This document shows, piece after piece, positions 48,016 to 61,456 of a stretch of 64,000 nt of DNA. The stretch comes from Torpedo marmorata (taxonomy: Eukaryota): positions 39,370,001 to 39,434,000 of the forward strand of contig OZ360236.1 in NCBI GenBank assembly GCA_977017645.1. Reading direction: 5' to 3'. The notes beneath the pieces were generated by a model that saw nothing but the letters and a program-made list of their open reading frames with translations, ran no database searches and was not told the origin of the DNA. Each line of letters starts with the position of its first letter. The first letter of the stretch is position 1. Made by a program: the position numbers and the translations under genes.

Positions 48016-51000
48016 AAACTCATCTGACAGATATTGAACATCAAAAATTGAAAAGAGATTGGGTAGGGCATGTTATAGCCTCGTCATTTAATTCTAGAGC
48101 TAGAGGAGTAGCCATTTTAGTTAATAAAAAGTTACCTTTTAAGATACAATCGACAGTGATTGATACGGCAGGAAGATATGTTTTGATATATTGTCAAATT
48201 TATTCAGAATTTTGGACTCTTATGAATTTATATGTGTCAAATCCTGATGATGAACAATTTTTTCACAATGCTTTTTTACATTTATCAGATGCTAAAGAAA
48301 ATATTTTAATTGGCGGAGATTTTAACTGCTGTTTAAATCCAATAATGGATAAAACTTCTAAAACATCTGTTAGACCTAAAATAGTTAAAAAGATTGTTAA
48401 TTTGATGGAGGATTTAAATTTGGTAGATATTTGGAGAAAATTGAAGCCTAGAGAGAAAGACTATTCATTTTATTCATTTAGACATAATTCATTTTCTAGG
48501 ATAGATTTATTCTTGTTATCTTCACAAATTCAGGATAGAATAACTCAGGTATCCTATAAAGCAAGAGTAATTTCAGATCATTCGCCCTTATTAATGACAT
48601 GTATAATCCCGGAGAAGGAAAAAACTGTGTATAATTGGAGATTGGACTCTTCTTTATTGAAAAGAAAGGATTTTTGTGAATATATGAGAAGAGAAATTCG
48701 GGAGTTTTTAAGAACAAATAATAATACGGTTAATGATAAATTTATGATATGGGAGGCTTTGAAAGCCTACCTAAGAGGTTTAATAATAAGTTTTTCAGCA
48801 AAGATTAAAAAAGATTATTTGAAAGAAGAAGAAAAATTAGAGAAGGAGATTGAATTTATGGAAAAGGATTTACAAAGAAATAAGTCTATTCTTAAGAGAA
48901 ATCGTTTAGTGAGGAGGAAATTACATTATAATTTATTGCAAACTCGTAAGATTGAAAAATTGATAGAAAGAACAAAACAAAGATATTATGAGTTAGGGGA
49001 AAAAGCTCATAAGGTTTTGTCATGGCAATTAAAAAAAGAGCAAGTCTCTAAAACTATTAATGCTATAAGGAAGAGAAATACTGGGGAAATAACTTATAAG
49101 CCACAAGAAATAAATGAATCTTTTAAAGAATATTATCAGAATTTATATAGATCTGAGATTGATCATGATGATATGAAGATTAATAGATTTCTATCTAAAA
49201 TTACTCTACCTAAATTGAATGTTCAAAATAAATATTCTTTGGACTTATCTTTTACGATAAGAGAAGTTACTGAGGCAATATCGACGTTGAAAAGTGGTAA
49301 ATCTCCGGGTGATGATGGATTTCCAGTAGAATTTTACAAAGAATTTAAAGATTTATTGATACCTTTATATATGGAGGTATTGAATCAAGTTACGGAAACT
49401 CATTTATTACCGAAGACTTTCTTAAATGCTATTATTACGGTTATACCAAAGAAAGATAGAGATGTGTTGAAAACTGAGTCTTATAGACCTATTTCATTAT
49501 TAAATGTAGATTATAAAATAATGGCAAAAATTTTAGCAAATAGATTAGCTAAATATTTACCAAATCTAATACATTCAGATCAAGCTGGATTTATTAAGAA
49601 TAGATATTCGAAAGATAATATAGCTAGATTGATAAGTTTGATTAGTGTATTTAAGAAGAAACAAGATTTACCATTGGTGGTAACATTGGATGCCGAGAAG
49701 GCTTTTGATAGAGTATAGTGGAATTTTTTATTTAAAGTTCTGGAAAAATTTGGATTTGGAGATAATTTTATAAATTGGATTAAAACTATATATAAAGAAC
49801 CTACGGCTAAAGTAGTTACAAATGGACGAGTATCGCAAAAATTTTTGTTAACAAGATCAACGAGACAGGGATGTCCTTTGTCACCTGCTTTGTTTGTTTT
49901 GGTAATAGAACCTTTAGCTGAAATGATTAGAGAAGATATAAATATAATGGGAATAAAAGTTGGTAGGGAAGAACATAAGATTAGCTTATTTGCAGATGAC
50001 GTGTTAATATATATGACGAAATCTGTTGCATCACTTCAACGATTGGCTATTATACTGACAGAATATGGTGAGATATCTGGATATAAAATTAACTCAGATA
50101 AAAGTGAGATTTTATCCTTATCTCAAGGGGATTATACTAGATGTAAAGAAGTTACGGACTTTAAATGGACGAAAGAAAGTATTAAATATTTGGGAGTTAA
50201 AGTGGATACAAAATTGGAAAATCTGTATAAATTAAATTATATACCTTTATTTATGAAAATAAAAAAAGATTTAGAGCTTTGGAAAGACTTACCTATAACT
50301 TTGATGGGGAGAGTAAACTGTATTAAAATGAATGTTTTTCCAAGAATTCAATATCTTTTTCAATCGATTCCTTATGGTATTCCAAATAAATTTTTTAAGG
50401 ATTTAAAATTTGTTGTTAGGAAATTTTTATGGAAAGGAAAGTTGGCAAGAGTAAGCATAGATAAATTAACATGGAATTATGAGATGGGAGGGTTACAACT
50501 TCCCAATTTTCAGTATTATTATAAAGTAGCTCAATTAAAGTTTATTAATGATTTTTTTGATTCGACTAAATCGTCCGCTTGGATTAATATAGAATTGAAT
50601 AATATAGGAGAAATACATAAAGAAGAGATTATTTATAAATGGAATTCTAAATTGTTGTCAGCTAAAAAGAAAAACACACCAATTATTAAGCATCTGTTGG
50701 AAATTTGGTCACAGGTAGATAAAGAAATAGGTCGAAAAGGATCAATTTCTTTAAATACACCAATATATCAAAATCCGCTTATACCATTTTCTATGGATAA
50801 TCAGTTACTTAAGTTATGGTTTCAAAAGGGAATTAAGACTTTAAAAGATTGTTTTGAAGCTGGTAGATTTGTTACTTTTCAAAGGTTAAAAGAAAAATTT
50901 AATATATTAGATAATACAATGTTAGTTTATTTTCAAGTTAAAGCTTTTTTGACTGAGAGATTAGGGAATGAATTAGTAGTACCAAGACAAAATGAATTGG

Positions 51001-51947
51001 AATTGTTAATCACTAAAGCTAATATTAATAAGTTTATATCACAAATGTATAAACTGTTTCAAAGAAAGATGTCTCAAGTAGGGGCGCATAAATCTAGATT
51101 AAACTGGGAATTAGACTTAAATGTTAATATAGATGAAAATCATTGGAAAGACTTATGTAAATTAAGTATGACTAAAGTTATTAATGTGAGATATAGATTA
51201 GTACAATATAATTTTTTTCATCAATTATATTTAACACCTAAAAAATTGAAGAAATTTAATCCAGCGTTATCAGATATGTGTTTCAGATGTAAAACTGAAA
51301 TAGGTTCTTTTGTACATTGTACATGGTCATGTTCAAAAATTCAAGATTTCTGGTTGAAAGTTAAGAATTTTTTAGAAAGAATTTTTAATGTTGGATTTAC
51401 ACTGGATCCTATGTTATTTTTATTTGGAGATATTAAAAAATTTAGTATTAGAAATAGATTAAATATGTACCAAGTAGAATTTTTACGTATAGTATTAGCA
51501 GTCTCGAAAAAGTGTATAGCTATTACTTGGAAGTCAGATGTGGATTTAAATTTAGAACGATGGCATGCAGAGTTACGTTCATGTATACCATTAGAAAAAA
51601 TTACTTATAATTTGCAAAATAAATATCATTCTTTTTTGAAAATTTGGGGCCCATATATGAGGATTATGGGTTTAATAATGTAAATTCTCTAGATATCGGA
51701 TCCACTGGCGAAAATAACCTCTAAGGTAAATTAGTCTTAAGTTTGTTGTCTCCTCATTCTATTTTTCTATCTTTCTTTTTTCTTTTTTCTTTTACTATAT
51801 TTTATTTTTATAGTAGTGGGGATATAGGGGTTAGGGAGGAGAGGGGGGGAGAAAATGTTGATCACATGTATTTTTTTGAAATATATGAAAAGTATTTTAT
51901 GTATTCTGTGATTTAAAAATTTAAATAAAATATTTAAAAAAAAAAAA
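48016..51947 (+). mobile_element. L1 retrotransposon, 5'-truncated in the EN domain; ORF2 has one in-frame nonsense codon
   Basis: ORFs 48048..49718 and 49845..51683 are in the same frame (GGDFN, SDH, DAEKAFDRV, RQGCPLSP, FADD, CxxC..HxxWxC); poly(A); 14-bp TSD actaatgggagact. Confidence 0.96.
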
Positions 51948-52070
51948 ACTAATGGGAGACTGAGTTCAACTACAATCCATAATCGAGGTTACCCAAACTT
52001 CATTGGTTAAGTTGTAATATTGCAAATGATGCTGATATTTGTGCACACTTGGAGGCCAAATTCCATTAGG

Positions 52071-54298
52071 CCATAAGACATAGGAGCAGAAATAGGTTAT
52101 TCTGCCCACCGAGTCTGCCCCGCCATTTAATCATGAGCTGATCCATTTTCCCACTCAGCCCCACTGCCCGGCCTTCTCCCCATAACCTTTGATGCCCTGG
52201 CTAATCAAGAACCTACCAATCTCTGCCTTAAATGATCTGACCTGCACAACAAATTCCACAGATTTACCACTCTTTGGCTGAGTAAATTCCTACGTATCTC
52301 TGTTCTAAGCAGACGCCCTTCAATCCTGAAGTTGTGCCCTCTTGTCCTAGAGTCTCCCACCATGAGAAACAACCTTCCTACATCTACTCTGTCCACGCCT
52401 TTCAACATTTGAAATGTTTCAATGAGATCCCCCTCATTCTCCTAAATTCCAACGAATAAAGGCCAAGAGCTGTCAAACACTCCTCATATGATAACCCTTG
52501 CATTCGCGGAATCATCCTTGTGAACCTCCCCTGAACCCTCTCCAATGTCAGCACATCTTTTCTTAAATGAGGAGCCCAAAACTGCTCACAATACTCCAAG
52601 TGAGGTCTCACCAGTGCCTTATAAAGCCTCAAAATCACATCCCTGCTCATATATTCTATTCCTCTTGAAATGAATACCAGCATTGCATTTGCCTTCTTCA
52701 CCACCGTCTCAACATGCAAGTTTACCTTCAGGCTATCCTGCACGAGGACTTCCAGGTCCCTTTGCATCTGGGTATTTTCAATTTTCTCCCCATTTAAAAA
52801 ATAGTCTGCTCATTCATTTTTTCCACCAAAGTGCATGACCGTACACTTTCCGACATTATATTTCATTTGCCACTTCCCTGCCCATTCTCCTCATCTCTCT
52901 AAATCCTTCTGCAGCCTTTGTGTTTCCTCTAAGTTATCTGCCCCTCCACCTACCTCGTATCATCTGAAAACTTTGCCACAAAGCCATTCATTCCATAATC
53001 CAAATCGTTAATATACAACATAAAAAGTGTCCCCAACACCGACCCTTGTGGAACTCCACTAGCAACTGGCAGCCAATCAGAATGTGATCCTTGTATTCAA
53101 ACTCTTTGCTTCCTGTCAATCAGCCAATGCTCTACCCACGCTGGTATGTTTCCTGTTATACCATTGGCTCTTATCTTGTTAAGTAGCCTCATGTATGGTA
53201 CCTTGTAGAATGCCTTCTGAAAATCCAAATACACAACATCCACTGCATCTCTCTTATCCAGCTGCTTGTCACTTCCTCAAAGAATTCCAATAGGTTTGTC
53301 AAGTAAGATTTTCCCTTAAGGAAACCATGCTGGCTTTGGCCTATCTTGTCATGTACCTCCAAGTGTTCCGTAACCTCATGCTTTACAATCGACTCCAACA
53401 TCTTCCCAACCACTAACATTAGGCTAACCGGCTTACAATTTCCTTTCTGCTGCCTCACTCCCTTCTTGAATAGTGGGGTGACATTTACGATTTTCCAGTC
53501 CTATTGATTCCTGAAAGATCATTATCAATGCCTCCACAATCTCTACCGCTACCTTTTTGAGGACCCGAGGGTCCATCTGGTCTCCATCTGGTCCTGGAGA
53601 TTTATCCATGCTTAGACCATTCAGGTTTCTGAGCACCTTCTCCCTTGAAATAGTAACTGCACTCACTTTGACATCTGGCACAATGTTAGTGTCTTCCACA
53701 GTGAAGACTGATACAAAATACTCATTTAGTTCCTTTGCCATCTCCTTGTCTCCCATTATTATTTCTCCAGCATCATCATCTAGTGGTCCTAGAACCTCTC
53801 TTTTATTCTTTATATACTTGAAGAAGCTTTTTGTACCCTCTTTGATATTATTTGCTCGCCTACCTTCATACTTCATCTTTTCCCTCCTTATTTTAGCTTT
53901 TGTAAGTTTTTAAACACTTCCCGATTCTTTATCTTCCCACTAATTTTTGCTTCCTTGCATGCCCTCTCTTTTGCTTTCACGTTCCTGAGTCAGCCACAAT
54001 TGTGACACTTTTCCATTCAAATATTTCCTCTTTTTTGGTCTGTATTTATCTTGCACCTTCCCCATTTCTTGCAGAAACTCCATCCATTGTTGCTCTGCCG
54101 TCTTCCCTACTAGTGCCCCCTTCCAATCTAATTTGGTCAGTTCCTCTCTCATGCTGCTGTAATTCCCTTTACTCCACTGAAATACCGACACATCTGACTT
54201 TAGTTTCTCCTTGTTAAATCTCAAATTGAACTCAATCATATTGTGATCACTGCCCCCCTCAAGGTTCCTTTACTCTAAGCTCTCTAATCACCTTGGGT
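52071..54298 (-). mobile_element. CR1 LINE (RT region, frameshifted)
   Basis: ORFs 52402..52767, 53189..53458 (SQHGFLKGKS), 53433..53876 (KSPGPDG) and 53940..54239. Confidence 0.92.
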
Positions 54299-54470
54299 GT
54301 ATTACAATCCACCATCAATGCTTTTCCTGAAGCAACACATTCCCCTTGAATAATATAGGTTCAAGTCAAGATATTGGAACATGTGGTCAGCATCCCGTAT
54401 CTTGGGAGCCATTTCTCTGTTAAGTCAGATATTGATGATAAAATTCACCATCCATCTTCAATGTGGCAGC

Positions 54471-54640
54471 TAATACACAAAAGTGCTGGAGAAACTCAGC
54501 AGGTACCTTGACTAAGGGCTCATGCCCGACACGTCGGTGGTATATCTTTGCCTCCTATGGAAGCTGCGGGGCCTGCTGAGTTTCTCCAGCACTTTTGTGT
54601 ATTATCTACAATCACAGCGTCTGCAGACTTTCTTGTTTCA
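54471..54640 (+). mobile_element. 170-bp Penelope-terminus element with an internal 33-bp perfect inverted repeat
   Basis: Exact 15-bp TSD cttcaatgtggcagc (54456-54470 and 54641-54655); taatacacaaaagtgctggagaaactcagcagg and its reverse complement enclose a decayed hammerhead-like motif. Confidence 0.85.
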
Positions 54641-54735
54641 CTTCAATGTGGCAGCACTGATTTCTGTTGATTGAGGAAAAGGAGAAGATTTGAAAAACAG
54701 AACCTCAAACCTAGCACAAAACATGTGGTCTAAAG

Positions 54736-54964
54736 CAGCCATTCTCAACCATTTTTGGCCATGGCCCTCTTAGGACTCTGCTCAAAGTTTATGGGCCTCC
54801 TTCCTTGTGCAGTCAAGTTTAGTTGGTTTCTTCTATACTTCTCTCCTATCGACTACATGAAAAATATTTTGTGATTTCAGTCTGTGGCTCCCCTTAAATG
54901 TGCTGTGGCCCCCCGGGGAGGAGGGGAGGGGCTGGAGGTGTATAGCCCGTGTTGAGAATGACTG
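54736..54964. mobile_element. hAT (Charlie-like) MITE
   Basis: TIRs CAGCCATTCTCAAC / GTTGAGAATGACTG; exact 8-bp TSD gtctaaag. Confidence 0.88.
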
Positions 54965-55538
54965 GTCTAAAGGCTCACAGTGATTCATGTTCCCGGCCTG
55001 GAATACCTACAATAGGCATCTCAAGGCCCTGGGAAAATACCACCAAGGCTGCCTCACAAAATTCTCAAAGTACTCTGGAAGGACATGAGAACCAATATTA
55101 TTGTTCTCTTCCAGACCAATATTGCCATTGTTGAGGCCCTCGTTACACTCAGTAAACTACATTGTGTTGAACATCTTGCCCGTTGTATTCTGAGTTCTGC
55201 CTGCGAATTGTCATGAGAGATAACCAGCTAGAGAGACAATGATTCAAGGCCTCCTTTTTTTTTTATTTTTTAAAAAAAATATTTTATTTAAATTTTGAAA
55301 ATCACACATTACATAAAATAATTTGCATATATTTCAAAGAAAAAATACATGTAATTTACATTTTCTCCCCCCCTTCCCGCCCTCCACACCCTAACCCCCC
55401 CCTCTACTCTAAAAAAATATATATAGTAAAGAAAAGAAAAAGAAAAAAGAAAGATAGAAAAATAGAGTGAGGAGACATCGACCTAAAACTAATTTACCTT
55501 AGAGGTTATTTCGCCAGTGGATCTAGCATCCAGAGAAT

Positions 55539-58500
55539 TTACATTGTTAAACCCATAATCCTCATATATGGGCCCCAAATTTTCAAAAAGAAATGATATT
55601 TATTTCGCAGATTGTAAGTAATTTTTTCTAAAGGTATACACGAACGTAACTCTGCATGCCATCGCTCTAAATTTAAATCCACATCTGACTTCCAAGTAAT
55701 AGCTATACATTTTTTCGAAACTGCTAATACTATACGTAAAAATTCTACTTGATACATATTTAATCTATTTCTAATACTAAATTTTTTAATATCCCCAAAT
55801 AAAAATAACATAGGATCCATTGTAAACTCAATATTAAAAATTCTCTCCAAAAAATTCTTAACTTTCAGCCAAAAATCTTGAATTATTGAACATGACCATG
55901 TACAATGTACAAAAGAACCTATTTCACTTTTGCATCTAAAACACATATCTGATAACGCTGGATTAAATTTCTTCAATTTTTTAGGTGTCAAATATAGTTG
56001 ATGAAAAAAATTATATTGTACTAATCTATACCTCACATTAATAACTTTAGTCATACTTAATTTACATAAATCCCTCCAATGATTTTCATCTATATTAACA
56101 TTTAAATCTAATTCCCATTTTAATCTAGACCTATGCACTCCTACTTTAGACATCTGTCTTTGGAACAATTTATACATTTGCGATATAAACTTATTAATAT
56201 TAACTTTAGTAATTAACAATTCCAATTCATTTTGTCTTGGTGCTATTAATTCATTCCCTAATCTCTCAATTAAAAAGGCTTTAACTTGAAAATAAACTAA
56301 GATTGTATTATCTAATATATTAAATTTTTCTTTTAACCTTTGAAAAGTAATAAATCTACCAGCTTCAAAACAATCTTTAAAAGTCTTAATTCCCTTTTGG
56401 AACCATAATCTAAGTAACTGATTATCCATAGAAAATGGTATAAGCGGATTTTGGTATATTGGTGTATTTAAAGATATTGATCCTTTTCGACCTATTTCTT
56501 TATCTACTTGTGACCAAATTTCCAACAAGTGTTTAATAATTGGTGTATTTTTCTTTTTAACTAACAACAATTTAGAATTCCATTTATAAATAATCTCTTC
56601 TTTATGTGTTTCACCTATATTATTCAATTCTATATTAATCCAAGCAGATGATTTATTCAAATCAAAAAATTCATTAATAAACTTTAATTGCGCTACTTTA
56701 TAATAATACTGAAAATTGGGAAGTTGTAATCCTCCCATCTCATAATTCCATGTTAATTTATCCATACTTACTCTTGCCAACTTTCCTTTCCATAAAAATT
56801 TCCTAACAACAAATTTTAAATCCTTAAAAAATTTATTTGGGATACCATAAGGAATCGATTGAAAAAGATATTGAATTCTTGGAAAAACATTCATTTTAAT
56901 ACAATTCACTCTTCCCATCAAAGTTATAGGTAAGTCTTTCCAAAGTTCTAGATTTTTTTTATTTTCATAAATAAAGGTATATAATTTAATTTATACAAAT
57001 TTTCCAATTTTGTATCTACTTTAACTCCCAGATATTTAATACTCTCTTTAGTCCATTTAAAATCCGTAACTTCCTTACATCTAGTATAATCCCCTTGAGA
57101 TAAAGCCAAAATCTCACTTTTATCTGAATTAATTTTATATCCAGATATCTCACCATATTCTGTCAATACAACAGCCAATCGTTGAAGTGATGTAACAGAT
57201 TTCGTCATATATATTAATACATCGTCTGCAAATAAACTAATCTTATGTTCTTCCCTACCAACTTTTATTCCCATTATATTTATATCCTCTCTAATCATTT
57301 CAGCTAAAGGTTCTATTACCAATACAAACAAAGCAGGTGACAAAGGACACCCCTGTCTTGTTGATCTTAATAACAAAAATTTTTGTGATACTTGTCCATT
57401 TGTAACTACTTTGGCCGTAGGTTCTTTATATATAGTTTTAATCCAATTTATAAAGTTATCTCCAAATCCAAATTTTTCCAAAACTTTAAATAAAAAATTC
57501 CATTCTACTCTATCAAAAGCTTTCTCTGCATCTAATGTTACCACCAATGGTAAATCCTGTTTCTTCTTATATACATTAATCAAACTTAATAATCTAGCTA
57601 TATTATCTTTCGAATATCTATTCTTAATAAATCCAGCTTGATCTGAATGTATAAGGTTTGGTAAATATTTAGCTAATCTGTTTGCTAAAATTTTTGCCAT
57701 TATTTTATAATCTACATTTAACAATGAAATAGGCCTATAAGACTCAGTTTTCAACACATCTCTATCTTTCTTTGGTATAACCGTAATGATACCATTTAAA
57801 AATGTCTTCGGTAATAAATGAGTTTCAGTAACTTGGTTCAATACCTCCATGTATAAAGGTATCAATAAATCTTTAAATTCTTTATAAAATTCTACTGGAA
57901 ACCCATCATCACCCGGAGATTTACCACTTTTCAACGTTGATATTGCCTCAGTAACTTCTCTCATCGTGAAAGGTAAGTCCAAAGAATATTTACTTTGAAC
58001 ATTCAATTTAGGTAAAGTAATTTTAGATAAAAATCTATTAATCTTCATATCATCATGATCAACCTCAGATCTATATAAATTCTGATAGTAATCTTTAAAA
58101 GATTCATTTATTTCTTGTGGCTTATAAGTTATTTCCCCAGTATTTCTCTTCCTTATAGCATTGATAGTTTTAGAAACTTGCTCTTTTTTTAATTGCCATG
58201 ACAAAACCTTATGAGCTTTTTCCCCTAATTCATAATATCTTTGTTTTGTTCTTTGTATCAATTTTTCAGTCTTACGAGTTTGTAATAAATTATAATGTAA
58301 TTTCCTCCTCACTAAACGATTTCTCTTAAGAATAGACTTATTTCTCTGTAAATCCTTTTCCATTAATTCAATCTCCTTCTCTAATTTTTCTTCTTCTTTT
58401 AAATAATCTTTTTTAATCTTTGCTGAAAAACTTATTATTAAACCTCTTAGGTAGGCTTTCAAAGCCTCCCATATCATAAATTTATCATTAACCTAATTAT

Positions 58501-59329
58501 TATTTGTTCTCAAAAATTCCCGAATTTCTCTTCTCATATATTCACAAAAATCTTTTCTTTTCAATAAAGAAGAATCAAATCTCCAATTATATACAGTTTT
58601 TTCCTTCTCCGGGATTATACATGTCATTAATAAGGGTGAATGATCAGAAATTATTCTTGCTTTATACGATACCTGTGTTATTCTATTCTGAATTTGTGAA
58701 GATAACAAAAACAAATCTATCCTAGAAAATGAGTTATGTCTAAATGAATAAAATGAATAATCTTTCTCTCTAGGCTTCAATTTCCTCCAAATATCTACCA
58801 AATTTAAATCTTCCATCAAATTAACAATTTTTGTAACTATTTTAGGTCTAACAGATGTTTTAGAAGTTTTATCCATTATTGGATTTAAACAACAGTTAAA
58901 ATCTCCACCAATTAAAATATTTTCTTTAGCATCTGATAAATGTAAAAAAGCATCTTGAATAAATTGTTCATCATCAGGATTTGACACATATAAATTCATA
59001 AGAGTCCAAAATTCAGAATAAATTTGACAATATATCAAAACATATCTTCCTGCCGTATCAATCACTGTCGATTGTATCTTAAAAGGTAACTTTTTATTAA
59101 CTAAAATAGCTACTCCTCTAGCTCTAGAATTAAATGACGAGGCTATAACATGTCCTACCCAATCTCTTTTCAATTTTTGATGTTCAATATCTGTCAGATG
59201 GGTTTCTTGTAAAAAAGCTATATCTACTTTCAACTTTTTAATTTATGCCAAAGTTCTTTTTCTTTTAATTGGATTATTAAGCCCATTTATATTAATACTT
59301 ACTAAATTTATACTTCTAGATTCCCCCAT
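55539..59329 (-). pseudogene. L1 ORF2 (EN + RT + CCHC), with two stops and one frameshift
   Basis: ATG at 59329 (MGESRSINLVSININGL); TAA near 59244; TAG at 58493-58495; frameshift in an A run near 56952. Confidence 0.92.
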
Positions 59330-59611
59330 AATCAAATAATAACCATTCCCTGTCAATCAAATCCACCAGCGTTTCCCTCTTATTCTGCTGTTTATTTATA
59401 TTCTCCTCAACCAGATTAAAAGACAGAAATAATAAAAAAAAAGAAAAAATCCCCTATAAAGAACACTGGTCTTCTATTTCCAGTGTTACCCCCCTCCATT
59501 GTTCGAGAAGCGGCCCTCGCCGCTAAAGTGGTGATAGGTTCGGAAGAAGTGCTCGTAAACCCACCTCCCCCCAACAGATTTATATTTGTCCAACATATTC
59601 CAATCAACTTC

Positions 59612-60970
59612 TCACACAACGGAATCTTCCTGTTCTTCTTCAACTTGGTCTAAAAGTCTTTCTCTTGATACACTCGGTAGCTCATCATCACGATTTACTC
59701 GATTTTCCTGGTCTTGTTGTTCAGAACCACTTTGAAAATTTCTCGATCGACAAGTAAGAGTCTTCGCATGAGAGAGCGCTGCTTCTGGATCCGTGTACAG
59801 TAAAAAGCTTCCACCATTATCTTGGATCCTCAGAGTTGCTGGGTACTTAAACGAAAATTTGTATCCTTTCTCCCATAATACAGCCTTTGCAGGATTAAAT
59901 TCTTTACGTTGTTTGACCACCATTGGACTTAAATCAGGATAGAAGAATACTACTTCCTCCTATAACCATCGGACCATTATTTTCCCGCGCTTTTTGAATT
60001 GCCACTTTTAAAATTATTTCTCTATCTTGATATCTAAGACACTTTATCAAGACTGGACGTGGTCTCCAATCAACTTGATTTTTCCTTCCAATCCTGTGTG
60101 CTCTTTCTAATTCCATTTTTTGGTCAAGGTTAAATTCCTTCATCAACCAATTCTGAAAAAATTGTGTTGTATCTTGTGACTCAGTTCCTTCCGGTAGTCC
60201 CAATATTTTAACATTATTTCTCCGACTCTGATTTTCCATCTGGTCTATCTTCTGTAGTAATTGATCACGTTGTTCTTGCCATCCAGTAAAAGTATCTTCC
60301 ATAGTATTCACTCTCTCTTTATAATATTCAACATCATCTTCTACCTGCTTAACTCTAATATCCATTTTCTTCATGTCTTTTTTTACCTCCCGAAATTCCT
60401 TCTTCATTTCTTGTTCAAGCTGATTAAATTTTTTATTTACATTTTTATCTAACTTTGCAATGGCCACCAATACAGTGTGAAAATTTTCTTTTTCCACCCC
60501 TGTACCCTTTATTATTCCTTCTATACCTTCAGAAGATGTTTCCTCTTCTTCACTATCTTCTTCTCCCAATTGCAGACTTTCTCTCTCTCCTTCCGATTCT
60601 GACGATTTTTCTAGCTCCTCAGGCTGTAGTATAGCCTGGGGAGCCCTGACAGACGTCATCTGTACTCCAGCTGCTTGACGTTGCAGCTCATCTGTTCGTG
60701 CCGACTCGCGCATGCGCGGTGACTCCAGGCTTCTTCTTGTAGTCCGACGTCGGGTGTCGGCGCCATCTTCCGCAGCTCCCTGCGGAACTAGCGTCGGCAC
60801 TGCCGACTCAACCATACGTGGTCTCCGTTGCGTCTTGGGCTCCATCGATAAGGCAGTCCCCGGATCCAGAGTCAAGGTAGGCCTCTTTTCTTCTTGTACT
60901 AGGAATAATTGTTTTGCAGATTTCAGAGGTTTTTTAGGCTTTTGTTCCCTCGTTTTTTCTTAGTGGCCAT
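59612..60970 (-). pseudogene. L1 ORF1 (coiled coil + RRM), two frameshifts
   Basis: ENQSRRNNVKILGLPEG, ERAHR, PRPV and FKYPATL motifs; ATG at 60970 with a frameshift in an A run; second frameshift near 59960. Confidence 0.9.
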
Positions 60971-61196
60971 TGTTTTAGTTAATAATACTTTTCAAAGTAT
61001 TCTAAAAATTTTTGAAGTTGATTAAACTAGTTTCTTAACTTAATCTGCTGGGAGTGGTGTATCCCTGCGTCTTCTCCCTACGCCATCACGCCACGCCCCC
61101 CCGATTCAAGGCCTCCTTGAAGAAAGTCATACATCGATTGACTCCTGGGAATCTCTCGCCCATATGGAGAGGAAACACTGGGAATGGTAATCAGAC

Positions 61197-61456
61197 GGGA
61201 GGCATGGTTAGCGTAGCGGTTAGTGCAACGGTGTTACAGTGCCAGCGATCGGGACCGGGGTTCGAATCCCGTGCTGTCTGTAAGGAGTTTGTACATTCTC
61301 CCCGTTTCTGCGTGGGTTTCCTCCAGGGGCTCCGGTTTCCTCCCACAGTTCGAAACGTACCAGGGGTTGTAGGTTAATTGGGTGTAATTGGGCGGCACAG
61401 GCTCATGGGCCGAAATGGCCTGTTACCATGCTGTATGTCTATATTAAATTAAATTA
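61197..61456 (+). mobile_element. V-SINE (HE1-like)
   Basis: ggcatggttagcgtagcgg box A, gggttcgaatccc box B, V-domain, (aaatt)n tail. Confidence 0.88.

Larger units (their letters stand above)
55257..61102 (-). mobile_element. Full-length L1 (5' UTR, ORF1, ORF2, poly(A)), multiply disabled
   Basis: 16-bp TSD gattcaaggcctcctt (55241-55256 and 61103-61118); 5' end GGGGGGGCGTGGCGTGATGGCG. Confidence 0.97.

Noticed and set aside
61197-61275. tRNA-like sequences (also at 12290-12366, 34905-34955 and 62600-62675)
   Set aside because: They are SINE heads followed by a V-domain and tail, with no complete cloverleaf.
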